A DNA stretch of 64,000 nucleotides from Octopus vulgaris. Taxonomy: Eukaryota. Below the pieces are notes generated by a model. That model was not told where the DNA came from and made no database searches. It saw nothing but the letters and a program-made list of their open reading frames with translations. Below, in pieces: positions 24,358 through 36,828 of the stretch. The position numbers and the translations under genes are program-made. The stretch spans positions 3,534,001-3,598,000 of the forward strand of contig OX597824.1 of the NCBI GenBank assembly GCA_951406725.2. Reading direction: 5' to 3'. Every line of letters starts with the position of its first letter. The stretch's first letter is position 1.

Positions 24358-25204
24358 CTTCATTGTTTCCTCCCTTCCTTCCTCATCCTCCTACCTGTAC
24401 CTAGTCTTTCACTCTCCAGTCAATTTCTACTCCACCTCACCCACACCCCTCATGCACCTCACCCTCCTCATCCTCTTCAATACTGCTCCACGCTCTTCTC
24501 TTTCCTTTCTTCTGACTCTATTCCACTTTTGACAGACAGAAAAGAAACATCTTTACATATAAATACGCAACAAACTTCAATATTTTGTGTGTGTGTGTGT
24601 TTATGCACGTATGTGTGTGTGTTTGTATCCATGGTGATGTTTACATTTATGTCCCGTAACTTAGTGACTCAACAAACAGATTTCAAGAAAATGAGCATGG
24701 GACTAAAAAATTTGAATTGGTGTTGATATGATTGACTAAACTCCAGTGCTCCAGCATGGCCAAAGTCCAGTGACTGAAATGAGTAACAAAAATTATTTTA
24801 AAAAAAATCAAATGAAATGCTCCTCTACCAGCAAACAGATTTAAATAAACATCATCATCATCATCATCATTGTTTAACGTCCGTTTTCCATGCTAGCATG
24901 GGTTGGACGGTTCAACCGGGGTCTGGGAAGCCAGGAGGCTGCACCAGGCTCATTTTAAATATAAACAAATTGAATTAAACCCAACGGTTTGATAGTTTGA
25001 TATGATTCTAAGGAAGAGTGTTACCAATAAATACCAATTCCACTAATTATATAATCTTTATTCTTGAACACAACTTCATAAAGTTTGCCTGAAAAAATTA
25101 TTTTACAGTTTTCATAATAAAAAATGAATAAGTAGATGTTAAGAGTTAGGTTTACGGTAGACATTATTAAGTTTGACTCAAGGCAACATTTTGTCTTTTT
25201 ATAG

Positions 25205-25296
25205 GTGCAGTTACACAACCAATTATGAACACAATGCGTGGCCTGAAAAATCTCATTTCATGGAGATCACCTTCATATACGCTTTTTGTTTTCACT
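25205..25296 (+). CDS. GRAMD4: GRAMD4-like exon, phase 1 to 0
   Basis: ttttatag|GT GCA GTT...TTC ACT|gtgagt; encodes (G)AVTQPIMNTMRGLKNLISWRSPSYTLFVFT. Confidence 0.9.
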
Positions 25297-25716
25297 GTGA
25301 GTAAAATTACAATCAGTGTTTTTTTGGTTTTTTTTAGTATTTTGTAAATGTTTTGTTGCATTATTTTAACATTTGAATTACATTCTTTTTTCTAATTTGT
25401 AAGTGTGGGTGTTTGTATGTTTGTTTGTTTTTAATTTGATTCTCATGATTGTGTGGTTAAGATTCTCACTTTTCAATTGTGGGTTGTCAGGTTCAATCCC
25501 ACCATGCAGCAGGTTTGACTAATGTCTTCCACTATGACTCTTGGAGTCAACCAATGCTTTTTGAGTGAATTTGGTTGCATTGTTTGTATATGTGCCTGTG
25601 TATATGTGTGTGAATGTATTTGTGTTTATTCATCCACCTCCACCATTTGACAACCAGTCTTGGTTTGTTTACATCCCTGTAATTTAGTGGTTTGGCAAAA
25701 GAGACCAATTGAAATA

Positions 25717-25949
25717 CCTATTTCTTTACTACCCACAAGGGGCTGAATACATAGGGGACAAACAAGGACAGACAAACGGATTAAGTTGATTACATCGACC
25801 CCAGTGCGTAACTGGTACTTAATTTATCGACCCCGAAAGGATGAAAAGCAAAGTCGACCTCAGCGGAATTTGAACTCAGAAAGTAACGGCAGACGAAATA
25901 CCACTAAGCGTTTCACCCGGTGTGCTAACGTTTCTGCCAGCTCGCTGCC
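25717..25949 (-). mobile_element. SINE family C nested inside a family B SINE (about 25445-26075)
   Basis: Near-identical to 6539-6770; flanked by the imperfect duplication ACCAATTGAAATACC / ACCGATTGAAGTACC. Confidence 0.85.
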
Positions 25950-28003
25950 TTAATCACCGATTGAAGTACCAGGCTTAAAAATAATAACTGGTGTTGATTT
26001 CTTTGACTAAGCCCTTCAAGGTGGTGCACCCCACTCCATTATGGCTGCAGTCCAATGAATGAAACCGGTAAGCAATAAACGCTAGAAGCTCTTAGTTTAT
26101 TAATCTTAGATAATCCCCTTGTGTAACATCTTGAGTGTCTAACGCAGCAACCATTAATATGGCTAAGCCAGATTTCCTGGATATCTTCTCTCTTACATCA
26201 CACAGAAATGGTATTTGATAAAGTCGAGAGCTTCACCAAAATCAAAAATTTCGTTCAGGACATGAACATTTTTGACTAATATCTGGCTTTTGTATCACAT
26301 GTGGCATTCGTTATTTATTCTGCAGGGCAGTGGTGTGGCAGAATCGTTAGAGAATTAGAAAGAAAATGCTTTGGCATCTTTGCCTTTCATCCTTTCTGAA
26401 GCAAAGCACCAGTCAAGCATTGGAATTGATGGTATTCAGTTGATTAGCTTGATTAGCTACTTCCCCAAATTTCAAGCCTTAATTAGAAACAATTATTTAC
26501 TATGCAACTATTTTGCAAACTTCCTAGCATGACCCTCCAGTTGAGAATGTCAACAGATATCTCTCTCTCTTTCCCTCCCTCTCTCTCTCTCCATCTCTCT
26601 CCCTCTCTCTGCATCTCTCTCCCCCTCTCTCTTCCCCCTCTCTCTCTCCCTCCCTCTCTCTCTCCCACTCTCCCTCTCTCTCTGACTCCCCAGCTTTACT
26701 CTATAAACAGAGAAGTACCCCAGGATTCAATTTTTTTTCTCCTGCATTCTTTATATCCACAACAATCTTATTCCCTGTCAATTTGAGATGTGTTTATCCA
26801 TTTATTGAAAAAAATACCCCACTTCTGAATTTCTTTCGCATTTTCAATGGAGAATTCGGTTCAAACACCATTTCAATGAGCCATGCCATTCTCCTTCACA
26901 TTCTCCTTAAACAATGAAGGTTGAAAATATTCTGTCAAAGTCCCACTGAGCAGCACTAAACCACAGACAATACGTAAGGCAAGGATAGAAACCTCACAGC
27001 ACTGCTTTATAAATGCCAGATTAACAATCGGCAGAATCGGTCATAGAAACCATACCTAACTTCTTTTAGTAGCCTTGACTACAACACTACGTAGGATTTT
27101 CATGTTTTTTATAAAGGCAAACAAACCATCGAAATGCACAGACTAACGACCTTTTCCTGCTATTATTAGCACCAGAGAAGGTGGCAAACTAGCAGAATCC
27201 ATAGCACATCCAGCGAAATGCTTAGAGACAGTTCTTACAGTTGTTTTACATTCTAAGTTCAAACCCAGCTGAGGTCAACTTTACCTTTCATCCTTTCAGA
27301 GTCTATAAGATAAAGTACAATAAAATAAAGTACAGGGGGGTTGACCATTCCCTCAGAATTGTTGGCCTTATGCCAAAATTAAAGAAGAATTATTGTCAGT
27401 GGTGTAATGATAAAGAATGGGATTTTGGGGTTTGCTGGTTTTGATTCCAGATGATAATACTTTATTAGTTCAATTCTAGACATGCAAACCAATAAGGGAG
27501 ATATTCTTCCGTTGCTCAGTCTGAAGGATGAGACAATGGCCGTAGTCTTTGCAGACTCTCCAAGACGGAATTTATATGCATCAACCTTCGTTTGATCATT
27601 CGACCTGTTAACTATGGCGGTGGTTGTGATGGTGGCAGTGGTGGTGATATGATGGTGTTGGAGCGGCTGTGTTAGCAGTGGTAAAGGTGTGAGGATGGCT
27701 ACAAAAGTGGTAGTAATGCATGGTGGTTGTGATGGCAGTAATAGCAGCAATAAAGCTTGTAGTGGTGGAGGTAGGAGTGATGCCTGCAATGGTGGTGATA
27801 GTAGTATAAGTGCTGGTGGGGTGGGGGTTGATGTTAATGAAGAAGGTGGTGGTAGTGGTGTTGTGGCCATGGTAGTTGTCACGGTGATGCAGCTGATGCC
27901 ACTGCCACACCAATTGGACTAAACATGGAATTCAGGATGATGCAACATTGAAAAGAAATTCTTGTTCTTTGATTCTTTGAGACTTCTTCGATATTCTTCA
28001 CAG

Positions 28004-28095
28004 GTCTACATGTACTCAGCTTGGTATGGTTTGCTGCTTCCTTTGTGTCTATTCCTCATTTTCTTCCGACTTTCCATCAGTTACATGCGATACAA
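28004..28095 (+). CDS. GRAMD4: GRAMD4-like exon (hydrophobic membrane segment), phase 0 to 2
   Basis: ttcttcacag|GTC TAC ATG...CGA TAC AA|gtaagt; encodes VYMYSAWYGLLLPLCLFLIFFRLSISYMRY(K). Confidence 0.92.
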
Positions 28096-28141
28096 GTAAG
28101 TTTCAATCACCATTTTATCTCATCAATTCTCTTCGTTTTAA

Positions 28142-28349
28142 CCCTTTAGCGTATGAGGCCCAAATATTCTAATGGTTTTATGTTCAAACTGGCCAGATCC
28201 AGCCTCTCACACATACCTGACAAAGTCGTTTCAAAAACTAAAGCAAAGCATTGCCAAAATCTCAAAGCTATCTGATAACGCATGATTAATTCAAAACCAT
28301 TTGAATGAATAAGCTTTACATTTGACAGGGCAACCGGAATGCTAAAGGG
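28142..28349. mobile_element. piggyBac-type MITE
   Basis: TTAA|CCCTTTAGCGT...ATGCTAAAGGG|TTAA: TTAA target duplication and CCC/GGG TIRs. Related decayed copy at about 12884-13104. Confidence 0.8.
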
Positions 28350-28473
28350 TTAAAGAAATTTATTCCATTGTAAGAATTCGCAGATCTCAGATTGGTGGAA
28401 GTACAGCTGCATGATTACAACATTTACGGAACTAAATTTGGATTCAATGCGCAACTCCACAGCTCCTTCAGCA

Positions 28474-28855
28474 GTGGAGGCGCAATGGCCCAGTGGTTAG
28501 GGCAGCGGACTCGTGGTCGGAGGATCGCGGTTTCAATTCCCAGACCGGGTGTTGTGTGTGTTTATTGAGCAAAAACACCTAAAGCTCCATGAGGCTTCGG
28601 CAGGGGGTGGTGGCGACCCCTGTTGTACACTTTTGCTCCAACTTTCTCTCACTCTTTCTTCCTGTTTCTTGTCCCCGACTTCCTACGCAACTGCTGAGCC
28701 TGGATGCGCATTCATCCATCCGTCGAAGCTCTCAGTGTCGGGGGTTGACCTGCTTTCTCTTCTGCAGGTCTTATGAATAGCAAAGTGCCACGTTTCGGAC
28801 TCCTCCCATCCTGTGAGCTCTGGGACGAAGACCGCTTCGCTCAACAGCAACAGCA
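28474..28855 (+). mobile_element. tRNA-derived SINE family D, full-length with target-site duplication
   Basis: A box TGGCCCAGTGG, B box GGTTTCAATTCC, (CAACAG) tail; 14-bp TSD CAGCTCCTTCAGCA at 28460-28473 and 28861-28874. Confidence 0.9.
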
Positions 28856-29865
28856 CAGCTCAGCTCCTTCAGCAAATGTCTTCTACTAAAATAATTGGGT
28901 CCCTTGAAACCATGTAAATAAAATTTGGCATACAGGAATGAGTTGTTAGTTATCTCCCCTGCTTCTTACTTTCAAACGCCTCTAGAGGGAGTTTTTAACA
29001 ACATGTTGCATGGATAATCTCAATGTCTTTAGACTTAATATATTACGGGTGTGACGCAATTTGTGTTTAGGGTGCAGAAAGTTCCCTTGACAATGCACTT
29101 TCTGTTAACCATGTTTCTAATATTCAAAATCAGCATCACTGAATTCATACATGTGTGTGTGTGTGTGTAGGTGAGGTGGTGTGGTTAAAAAGATAACTTC
29201 CCAACTGCTTGGTTGTGGGTTCAATTCAACTGCAAAGCACCTTGGGAAAATACACTATCTTTGCTTCTATTGATTTTGCATATAATAAAAAAATATTTAG
29301 CAATATAAGTTTGCCATAATAAAACTAGGGTTTGGAGCATAAATTAACTTGAAATTCTCTTGAAGGTTCTAATTCTGTCATGGATGGATGGATGGGTGGG
29401 TGGGTGGTTAAGAAGTTTTCTTTGCAATTATGAGGTTCTGGATTTGGTCCCACTGCATAGCATTTGGATGGTGGGGCATGTGTTTTTATGTGTTCTAACC
29501 CCATATTCTGGTCAATTCATTCTTTGTGGGAGGAATTAGATAGCCAGAGACTGTGTAGGGACCATTCCAGTGGAATTATTTCTATAACTGTATTATAGAA
29601 CCAGAGCCAATCTTGAGTAGGTTGCTTTCAAAAGGGTTCATTGTCAAGGTGTTTCCAATGAGTGAATCTTAATTAGTCAATCAAATGACTTTCATTAGGG
29701 TGTAGCTCATAGCTGACAAAAGCTTTTCTCAGATTTCGGCCAATGTGTATTTTAATTGCATTCATTTGGAACAATCCAGAATTATTTCCATTTTTATGTC
29801 AATTATATTTTCTTGTTTCTTTTTTTCTTTTTTTTTGTCACTATTTTTCTTGGAACCTTTGCCAG

Positions 29866-29914
29866 AGGCTGGAATATCAACCTTCATTATTTAGATCCGG
29901 GGGAAATTGTCAAT
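29866..29914 (+). CDS. GRAMD4: GRAMD4-like 49-nt exon, phase 2 to 0
   Basis: cctttgccag|A GGC TGG AAT...GTC AAT|gtaagt; encodes (K)[16 protein letters not shown]. Confidence 0.88.
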
Positions 29915-29965
29915 GTAAGTACGCATCATTCTATTTTGAATCTAACAAATTTAAATGTGGACATA

Positions 29966-30320
29966 CGGATGGGTGGGTGGATGGATGGATGGATGGATGG
30001 GCGGATGGATGGATGGGCGGGTGGATGGATGGATGGACGGATGGGTGGACGGATGGGTGGATGGATGGATGGATGGATGGGTGGGTGTATGAATGGATAG
30101 GCGGATGGATGGATGGATGGGCAGATGGATGGATGGATGGGCGGGTGGATGGATGGGCGGATGGGTGGATGGATGGGCGGATGGGTGGACGGATGGATGG
30201 GTGGGTGGGTGTATGAATGGGTGGGTGGGTGGATGGATGAATGGATGGGCGGGTGGATGGATGGGCGGGTGGATGGATGGATGGATGGGTGGTGGATGGG
30301 TGGGTGGATGGATGGATGGT
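29966..30320. repeat. (GGAT/GGGT/GGGC)n microsatellite
   Basis: Directly visible, starting about 50 nt downstream of the 49-nt exon. Confidence 0.95.
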
Positions 30321-31182
30321 TAAGAAGTTTGCTTTACAATAATGAGGTTCTGGATTTGGTCCCACTGCATAGCATTTGGATGGTGGGGCATGTGTTTTTA
30401 TGTGTTCTAACCCCATATTCTGGTCAATTCATTCTTTGTGGGAGGAATTAGATAGCCAGAGACTGTGTAGGGACCATTCCAGTGGAATTATTTCTATAAC
30501 TGAAAGACCTGTGATGCTGATTCTTCATCAGAAATACATTAAGGACACATGTGTCTGTGGAATATCCAACCACTTATACATTAATTTAACATGTTGCATT
30601 CTCAGCTGAGCAAAACACTGAATTGCCCCTTCCTTTTCAACAATGAAGGATTCATCATAATTTCACTTGTATTTCTTTAATTTAGCTTCCAATTTTGTAT
30701 CTATTTCCCTCTCTCCTATTTGCTGGTTCTCTCGCTCTTTGCCTCTTTCTTTTTCTCTTTCCTCATCCCTCTTCCTCTTCTCTCTCTCATCTCTCTGTTG
30801 AAGTCCTTTAATACCAGATGTACATAATGTAACTATATGATGATACATGTAATATAATTATAATGCAACATGCATAATAATTCGTACATAACATATGCAT
30901 AATATAGCTTCATTATCATCATTTAAAGCCTACCTTTCATGCTGGCATGGGTTGGACGATTTGACAGGAGATGGCCGGGCTGGAGGCTGCACCAGACTCT
31001 CGCATCTGTTTTGGCAGGGTTTTTACAGCTAGATGCCTTTCCTAACCCTAACCCAGCAGAGTAATATAACATAACTCATGCATGTAAATCATGATTTGTT
31101 GAAAATGTAATTAACATCAGCGACATAGAAGGATATTGTACTCCTAATTAAAACTACTGCTTTTTTTTTTTGTTCTTTGTAG

Positions 31183-31254
31183 GAATCAGATGATAAAGAC
31201 AAAGGAGTTTCAGATAAATTCAGTGTTGTTCTTCAAGTGGCGAAAAAAGTGCAG
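31183..31254 (+). CDS. GRAMD4: GRAMD4-like exon, phase 0 to 0
   Basis: ttctttgtag|GAA TCA GAT...GTG CAG|gtattc; encodes ESDDKDKGVSDKFSVVLQVAKKVQ. Confidence 0.92.
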
Positions 31255-31609
31255 GTATTCGTGATATTTTGATATTATTCATTGATAAATGTCCATGAGT
31301 CCATGGACATCCTTCCTCTTTTACTTAACTTTGCAATTTCTTTTCAACTTTCCAATTATTTACACTTAGGTGGCAAATTGGCAGAGTCGTCAGAGTCTTG
31401 GATAAGATACCTCACCTTGGCAATAGCTGAGAAATTGCTAGTCCAGTTAAGACAATGAAACACAGCAACAGGAAACTACCTTTATATTGTTCAATGGAAA
31501 TTCCTTGATAAACACCTTGTATTAGTCAAAGAAGCTGCCAACAAATGGTGGGGGAGGCATTCATTAACCTGGGAGAGCACAAGGAAGAAGGAATATTATT
31601 TCAATTTCC

Positions 31610-31925
31610 TCATCATCATCGTTTAACGTCCACTTTCCATGCTAGCATGGGTTGGACGGTTCGACCGGGGTCTGGGAAGCCCGGAGGCTGCACCAGGCTC
31701 CAATATGATCTGGCAGTGTTTCTACAGCTGGATGTCTTTCCTAATGCCAACCACTCCGTGAGTGTAGTGGGTGCTTTTTTACGTGCCACCGGCACAGGGG
31801 CCGTAGCAGGCTGGCAATGGCCACGATCGGTTGGTGGTTTTTACATGCCACCGACACGGAGGCCAGTCGAGGCGGCGCTGGCAACGGCCACGTTTGGATG
31901 GTGCTTTTACATTCCACTGGTACTG
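31610..31925 (-). mobile_element. SINE-like family A, subfamily 2
   Basis: (CAT)n tail, body and monomers. Confidence 0.85.
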
Positions 31926-32065
31926 GTAACACAACTACAATTTCAACACACATTAATATGTTTCTAGCTTTTCTCTAAATTTGTCATGTATTAAATAATT
32001 TACAACTAATTAACCTGATGATAAATTATCCTTATTAATTCGGTGATTAACCATTTTCATTCCAG

Positions 32066-32109
32066 AATACATTAGGCGTACTTGCTGATACTTTAGAAAA
32101 AGTGAACAG
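32066..32109 (+). CDS. GRAMD4: GRAMD4-like 44-nt exon, phase 0 to 2
   Basis: ttcattccag|AAT ACA TTA...GTG AAC AG|gttagt; encodes NTLGVLADTLEKVN(S). Confidence 0.9.
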
Positions 32110-32255
32110 GTTAGTCTCAGACTTTCACTTTACCCTTTCATTTCTTTCCTAATAAAGTTTCCTTCTGATTATTCCGTTCAACATTGTTGTTCAATCAAAC
32201 ACTTCGTTATGGTTTTATCATTTCTAAAAAACCATTATCTCTCTCTCGCTATCTA

Positions 32256-32340
<85 letters not shown>

Positions 32341-34008
32341 CTATCCTTCTCTGCACTTTTCCTCTCTTCTCTTCCTGACAAAGAGTCATGCTTGAAGCAT
32401 TGTACACTTACTCTTTTACCCATCTTATACTGAGCATCAATCTAATACATTCCTTGTGTATGTCTTTTTGACTTTTGTTGTTTTGTTATTTTTTATTTTC
32501 TATTTCCTTCATCATCACCATCATCATCATCGTTTAACGTCCGCTTTCCATGCTAGCATGGGTTGGACACATGACTGAGGGCTGGCGAACCAGACGGCTG
32601 CACCAGGCTCCAATCTTGATCTAGTAGAGTTTCTACAGCTGGATGCCCTTCCTAATGCCAACCACTCCGAGAGTGTAGTGGGTGCTTTTATGTGGCCCCT
32701 GGTATGGGGCCAGTCAGGCAGCACTGGCCATCATTTAACATCTGTGTTCCATGCTAGCATGGCTGGGACAGTGCCACAAGAGCTGGCCAGGCCAAAGCCT
32801 GCACCAGACTTCTGTGACTGTTTTGGTAGGATTTTTACAGCTGGATGTCTTACCTAACACCAACCACTTTACAGTGTGGACTGAGTACTTTAACATGGCA
32901 CCTACACTGACAGGGTCAGCAAGCACTTGCAAGACAAAAACTTTTAAGAGGGGAGGAGGCCTTGGAGGAGGTGATGAGGAAAAGGCTATAGTGAGACAGA
33001 TACAGGTGTCTTGCTGTAGAGGAAGTACAAGGTTACCTGGCTGGACAGAGAAAGATCAGGAATGAAGACAGAAACAGGTGTGCTACCATAAAGAAAATAC
33101 ACATTTGCCCAAACTAAGGGAAGTGCTGGAGAAGGGGGGGGGGGAGACCGCAGGATGGAAATGGTGGCAAAATGCTGGGCATACTCACAGGGAACAGAGA
33201 TCAGAGTATAAATGAGATGGTTGAGTAAAGGAAGAGAGAGATAAAGATAGTGGCAAGTGCCAGAGCATACCCATGGGGTCCAAATGCCATAGAATAAGTG
33301 ACAGGATATTCTTCTGTTTTCTACTCTAGGCATAAGGCCCAAAATTTGGGGGTAGGGGGCCAGTTGATTAGATCGACCCCAGCACGCAACTGGTGCTTAA
33401 TTTATCGACCCCCAAAAGGATGAAAGGCAAAGTCAACCTCAGCAGAATTTGAACTCAGAACATAAAGACAAACGAAATCCCTCTAAGCATTTTGCCCAGC
33501 ATGCTAATGTTTTTGCTAGTTTGCCACCTCAGGGACAGGATATTGTGAAGGGAGTGCGATTAAAGAGCACAAGTAAGTGGCGAAAGACCTGGGTATATAT
33601 AGAGTTGGAGGGGCTACTGGATAGCAATGATACAGAGGAACAGGGGTGTAAGGACAGGATTAGGGAGTGAGAGCTAGGTATAGTGAATGAAGGCGAAAAT
33701 GTGAGAAAGAGGTGTAGATTGGTTTGTTGGTGTAGGGTGAGGGGAAAGTTTTCTTGTTACATGTGGGTGGGACACCCAGGTTGGGGACTAGCAGATGGCA
33801 CTAATAGAGTGAGACAAGGTATGTGGGTAGAAAGCACAGGTCAGGGGCAAGCAGAGAGCAATGATACAGTGGCACTGGGCCAAGAGGACAAGATTGGGGA
33901 ATGAGAGGTAATCATAGTACATGAAGCAGAAATGTGAAGAGAAGGGATGTAGTTTGGTTCCTTGTGATATGTAAAAATGCACACACACACACACACACAC
34001 ACACACAA

Positions 34009-34224
34009 GTGGGTACTGAAAAGTTCCTGGCTTTGGACAAAAGAAAATAATACAGGAGGATCAGTTAATTGTGATTTTCTCTAATATATTCACCTCTCAA
34101 ATTCACATACTTATTGCAACGGTCCTTCAGTTTTTCTAAGCCCAGTGAAAGAACTCAGAAAGTTGGGCCTCCAACCATGCCTCATGCAACACCCTTAAAG
34201 ACAGGAACTTTTCAGCCCCCATCC
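34009..34224. mobile_element. Mariner-derived MITE
   Basis: TIRs GGGTACTGAAAAGTTCCTGGCTTT / AAAGACAGGAACTTTTCAGCCCCC; the same TIR starts a fragment at 36531 (TATGAGGGGGTGCTGAAAAGTTCCTGGC). Confidence 0.7.
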
Positions 34225-34239
34225 CTGTATATACACACC

Positions 34240-34612
34240 TAGCACCATCCGAGTGTGGTCGTTGCCAGAGCAGCCAACTGGCTCCATGCAGTAGCATGTA
34301 AAAGGGCACCATTCAAGCATGATCGTTACCAGCATCACCTTACAGGCACCTGTGCCGGTGGCATGTGTAAAAGATTTGAGCGAGGTCGTTGCCAGTACCG
34401 CCTGACTGGCTCATTGCCGGTGACACGTAAAAAGCACCCACTACGCTCTCGGAGTGGTTGTCGTTAGGAAGGGCATCCAGCTGTATAAAATACTGCCAGA
34501 TCAAGATTGAAGCCTGGTGCAGCCACCTGGTTCACCAGCCCTCAGTCATTCGTGCAACCCATGCTAGCATGGAAAGTGGACGTTAAGCGATGATGATGAT
34601 GATGATGATGAT
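34240..34612 (+). mobile_element. SINE-like family A, subfamily 1
   Basis: Monomer array, body and (GAT)n tail. Confidence 0.85.
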
Positions 34613-35754
34613 TGAGGAGTGGTGGTGGTGGTGGTGGTGGTGGTCCCCTTCTCCAGATTTCAACCTTTGTGCCTATATGTAGAAAGGATTATTGTTATTA
34701 ATATTATTATGATTATTATTGTTATTATTATTATTATTATTATTCTAATTATTATTATTATTATTATTATTATTATTGTTCTTATCATTACTACTACTAT
34801 TGCCACTACTACTACTACTACTATTTTGATATTTGCAAAGAAAAGGCAAGTCTTACATAGTTCAATGAGGCCCTCAACTTTTAAAGAATAAGTAGAAATC
34901 AATCAGATATTGATTAGTAAGTAGATTCAACTATTAAAAGGTTATTTTGAATATCACTAAAACAGTAATATCCTGGCTATTGCTAATAACAGCTGTTTTA
35001 TGAAATGATGGTCCTGAAAAATATGGAAGCACAGCAAGATATTTTCTTTCCTCTTAGAAATATGGAAGTACAACAAATACGTTTTTTTTTCTTTCAAATT
35101 CTCATTTTTTGTTCTTTTTTTCTTTGTTACATTCAAATAGAATTGTTCAAAATATTTATATATATATTTTATGCTAATTTATATACTTACTTTTTTAATT
35201 AAGTATATATATATAATATATATTTGCATACATGCATACACACACACACACACACAAAAATACGTGTGTGTGTGTGTGTGTGTATGTGTGTGTATATATA
35301 CTAAAATGGGGAAATCTGAGTTTCCCAGCAATGGAGTTTTGTTTCACAGGGATTTTTTTCTTTTCCATGTTATTTCGTATGTTTTCAATGAATGTGACAT
35401 CGATATCACACATAAACAGCTCATTTCCTCAGAAAAGAAAGATTTGGCTGCTATTTCTTGTATGCCCTACCACCATGTAACAGATATTTCAGGTCCTTTA
35501 TTGCAAATAGCTGTTATGCTTTGGCAGGGTGTGCTAGAAATAGCAGCCAAATCTTTGGAAATGAGATACATAGAATGCACTCGAAAGAAGCCTGTGGATA
35601 AAAACTATTTCACGCTGAGGTTACGAACGGTTCTTTTACAAAATATTTACCATAATTTTAAAGTCATTTTCACTTAAAGATATTTTGCCCATCATGTGTC
35701 TAATGGAAAGGTTAGAGTTAATTCCCTTCCAGGGTTAAGTTATTTTCAGAGTAT

Positions 35755-36419
35755 TTACCTTGAGGAAGAGATGGAAGTTGGCCGGTACTAAATCTGGTGA
35801 ATAAGGTGGGTGTGGAAGTGATACCATGTTGTTTTTTTTGCATTAAACTCATAAGAGAGCTTGGTGACAGAATGTATTGCCATCATGAAGAATCCAATTC
35901 TTCATGCTCAACAGTTCCAGTCATTTTTGCTGAATATCTTCTCCCAAAATGCTTCAAAATATCACAGTAGAACCCTTGACCGACGATCTGGTCCTGGGGG
36001 TCAAATTCTCAATGCACAATACCACATTTCTGGGGATGATGCTTGTGGCAGGTCTTCCAGATCGCTCCATCATCTTCTAGGGACATTCTCCCACTTTTGA
36101 AGTCCCCGTGCCACTCAAAACATTGTGTACAACCCATTGCCTCATTGCTGAAGCATGCTCAATGTTTCTGTAGCAGACTTCTGAAGTTTAACACCAAATT
36201 TCACATTGGTTCTTTGTTCCTTTCCATGACAAAATTGCAGACTTCAGTACACACATGATCACAAAAACACAAATATCACAACTTGCAGAGTGAACTCAAC
36301 AATGTCACTTGCTACACCGACACATAAAGGTGACTGCTAGCTCTCACTGTGCACACACAACCATGTGCTGCCATCTGTTGGTGTGCTACAGAATTAGTCC
36401 AGGAACTTTTTGATACCAC

Positions 36420-36424
<5 letters not shown>
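35755..36424 (-). mobile_element. Internally deleted mariner relic (second family)
   Basis: Minus strand encodes WILHDGN...MVSLPHPPYSPDLVPANFHLF; TIR TA|TGAGGTGGTATCAAAAAGTTCCTGGACT at the right end. Confidence 0.8.
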
Positions 36425-36463
<39 letters not shown>

Positions 36464-36470
36464 CATATAG

Positions 36471-36530
<60 letters not shown>

Positions 36531-36828
36531 TATGAGGGGGTGCTGAAAAGTTCCTGGCATTAAGAGCACTGATGCAAAAGGAGCACTTGCTATGGTACTT
36601 CCAATGAGTAAACTGGATTAGGGTCTGAGGGGTTCCTTGGTTGCCCCCTATGCATTATTTCCCCACAGCTAGGGAAATTGTTTAAGATATTTTGCAAATT
36701 GTTATTGTTTTATTGTTTGCATGTTTCCATGTAAATCCCCACTGTTTTGTTGCCCTTGAGACCAATAATGAATAAATTATCATAATTAATAATATCATTA
36801 TTATGGTTATTATTATTATTATTATTAA

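Noticed and set aside
28474-28550. tRNA gene (A and B boxes present)
   Set aside because: Continues into a SINE body with tail and TSD and recurs at 23560-23862 and about 7089; it is a tRNA-derived SINE head.
29743-30451. Reflectin gene
   Set aside because: The MDGW repeats come from a (GGAT)n microsatellite open in all frames; the Tyr/Asn/Pro-rich linkers and the full reflectin motif are absent.
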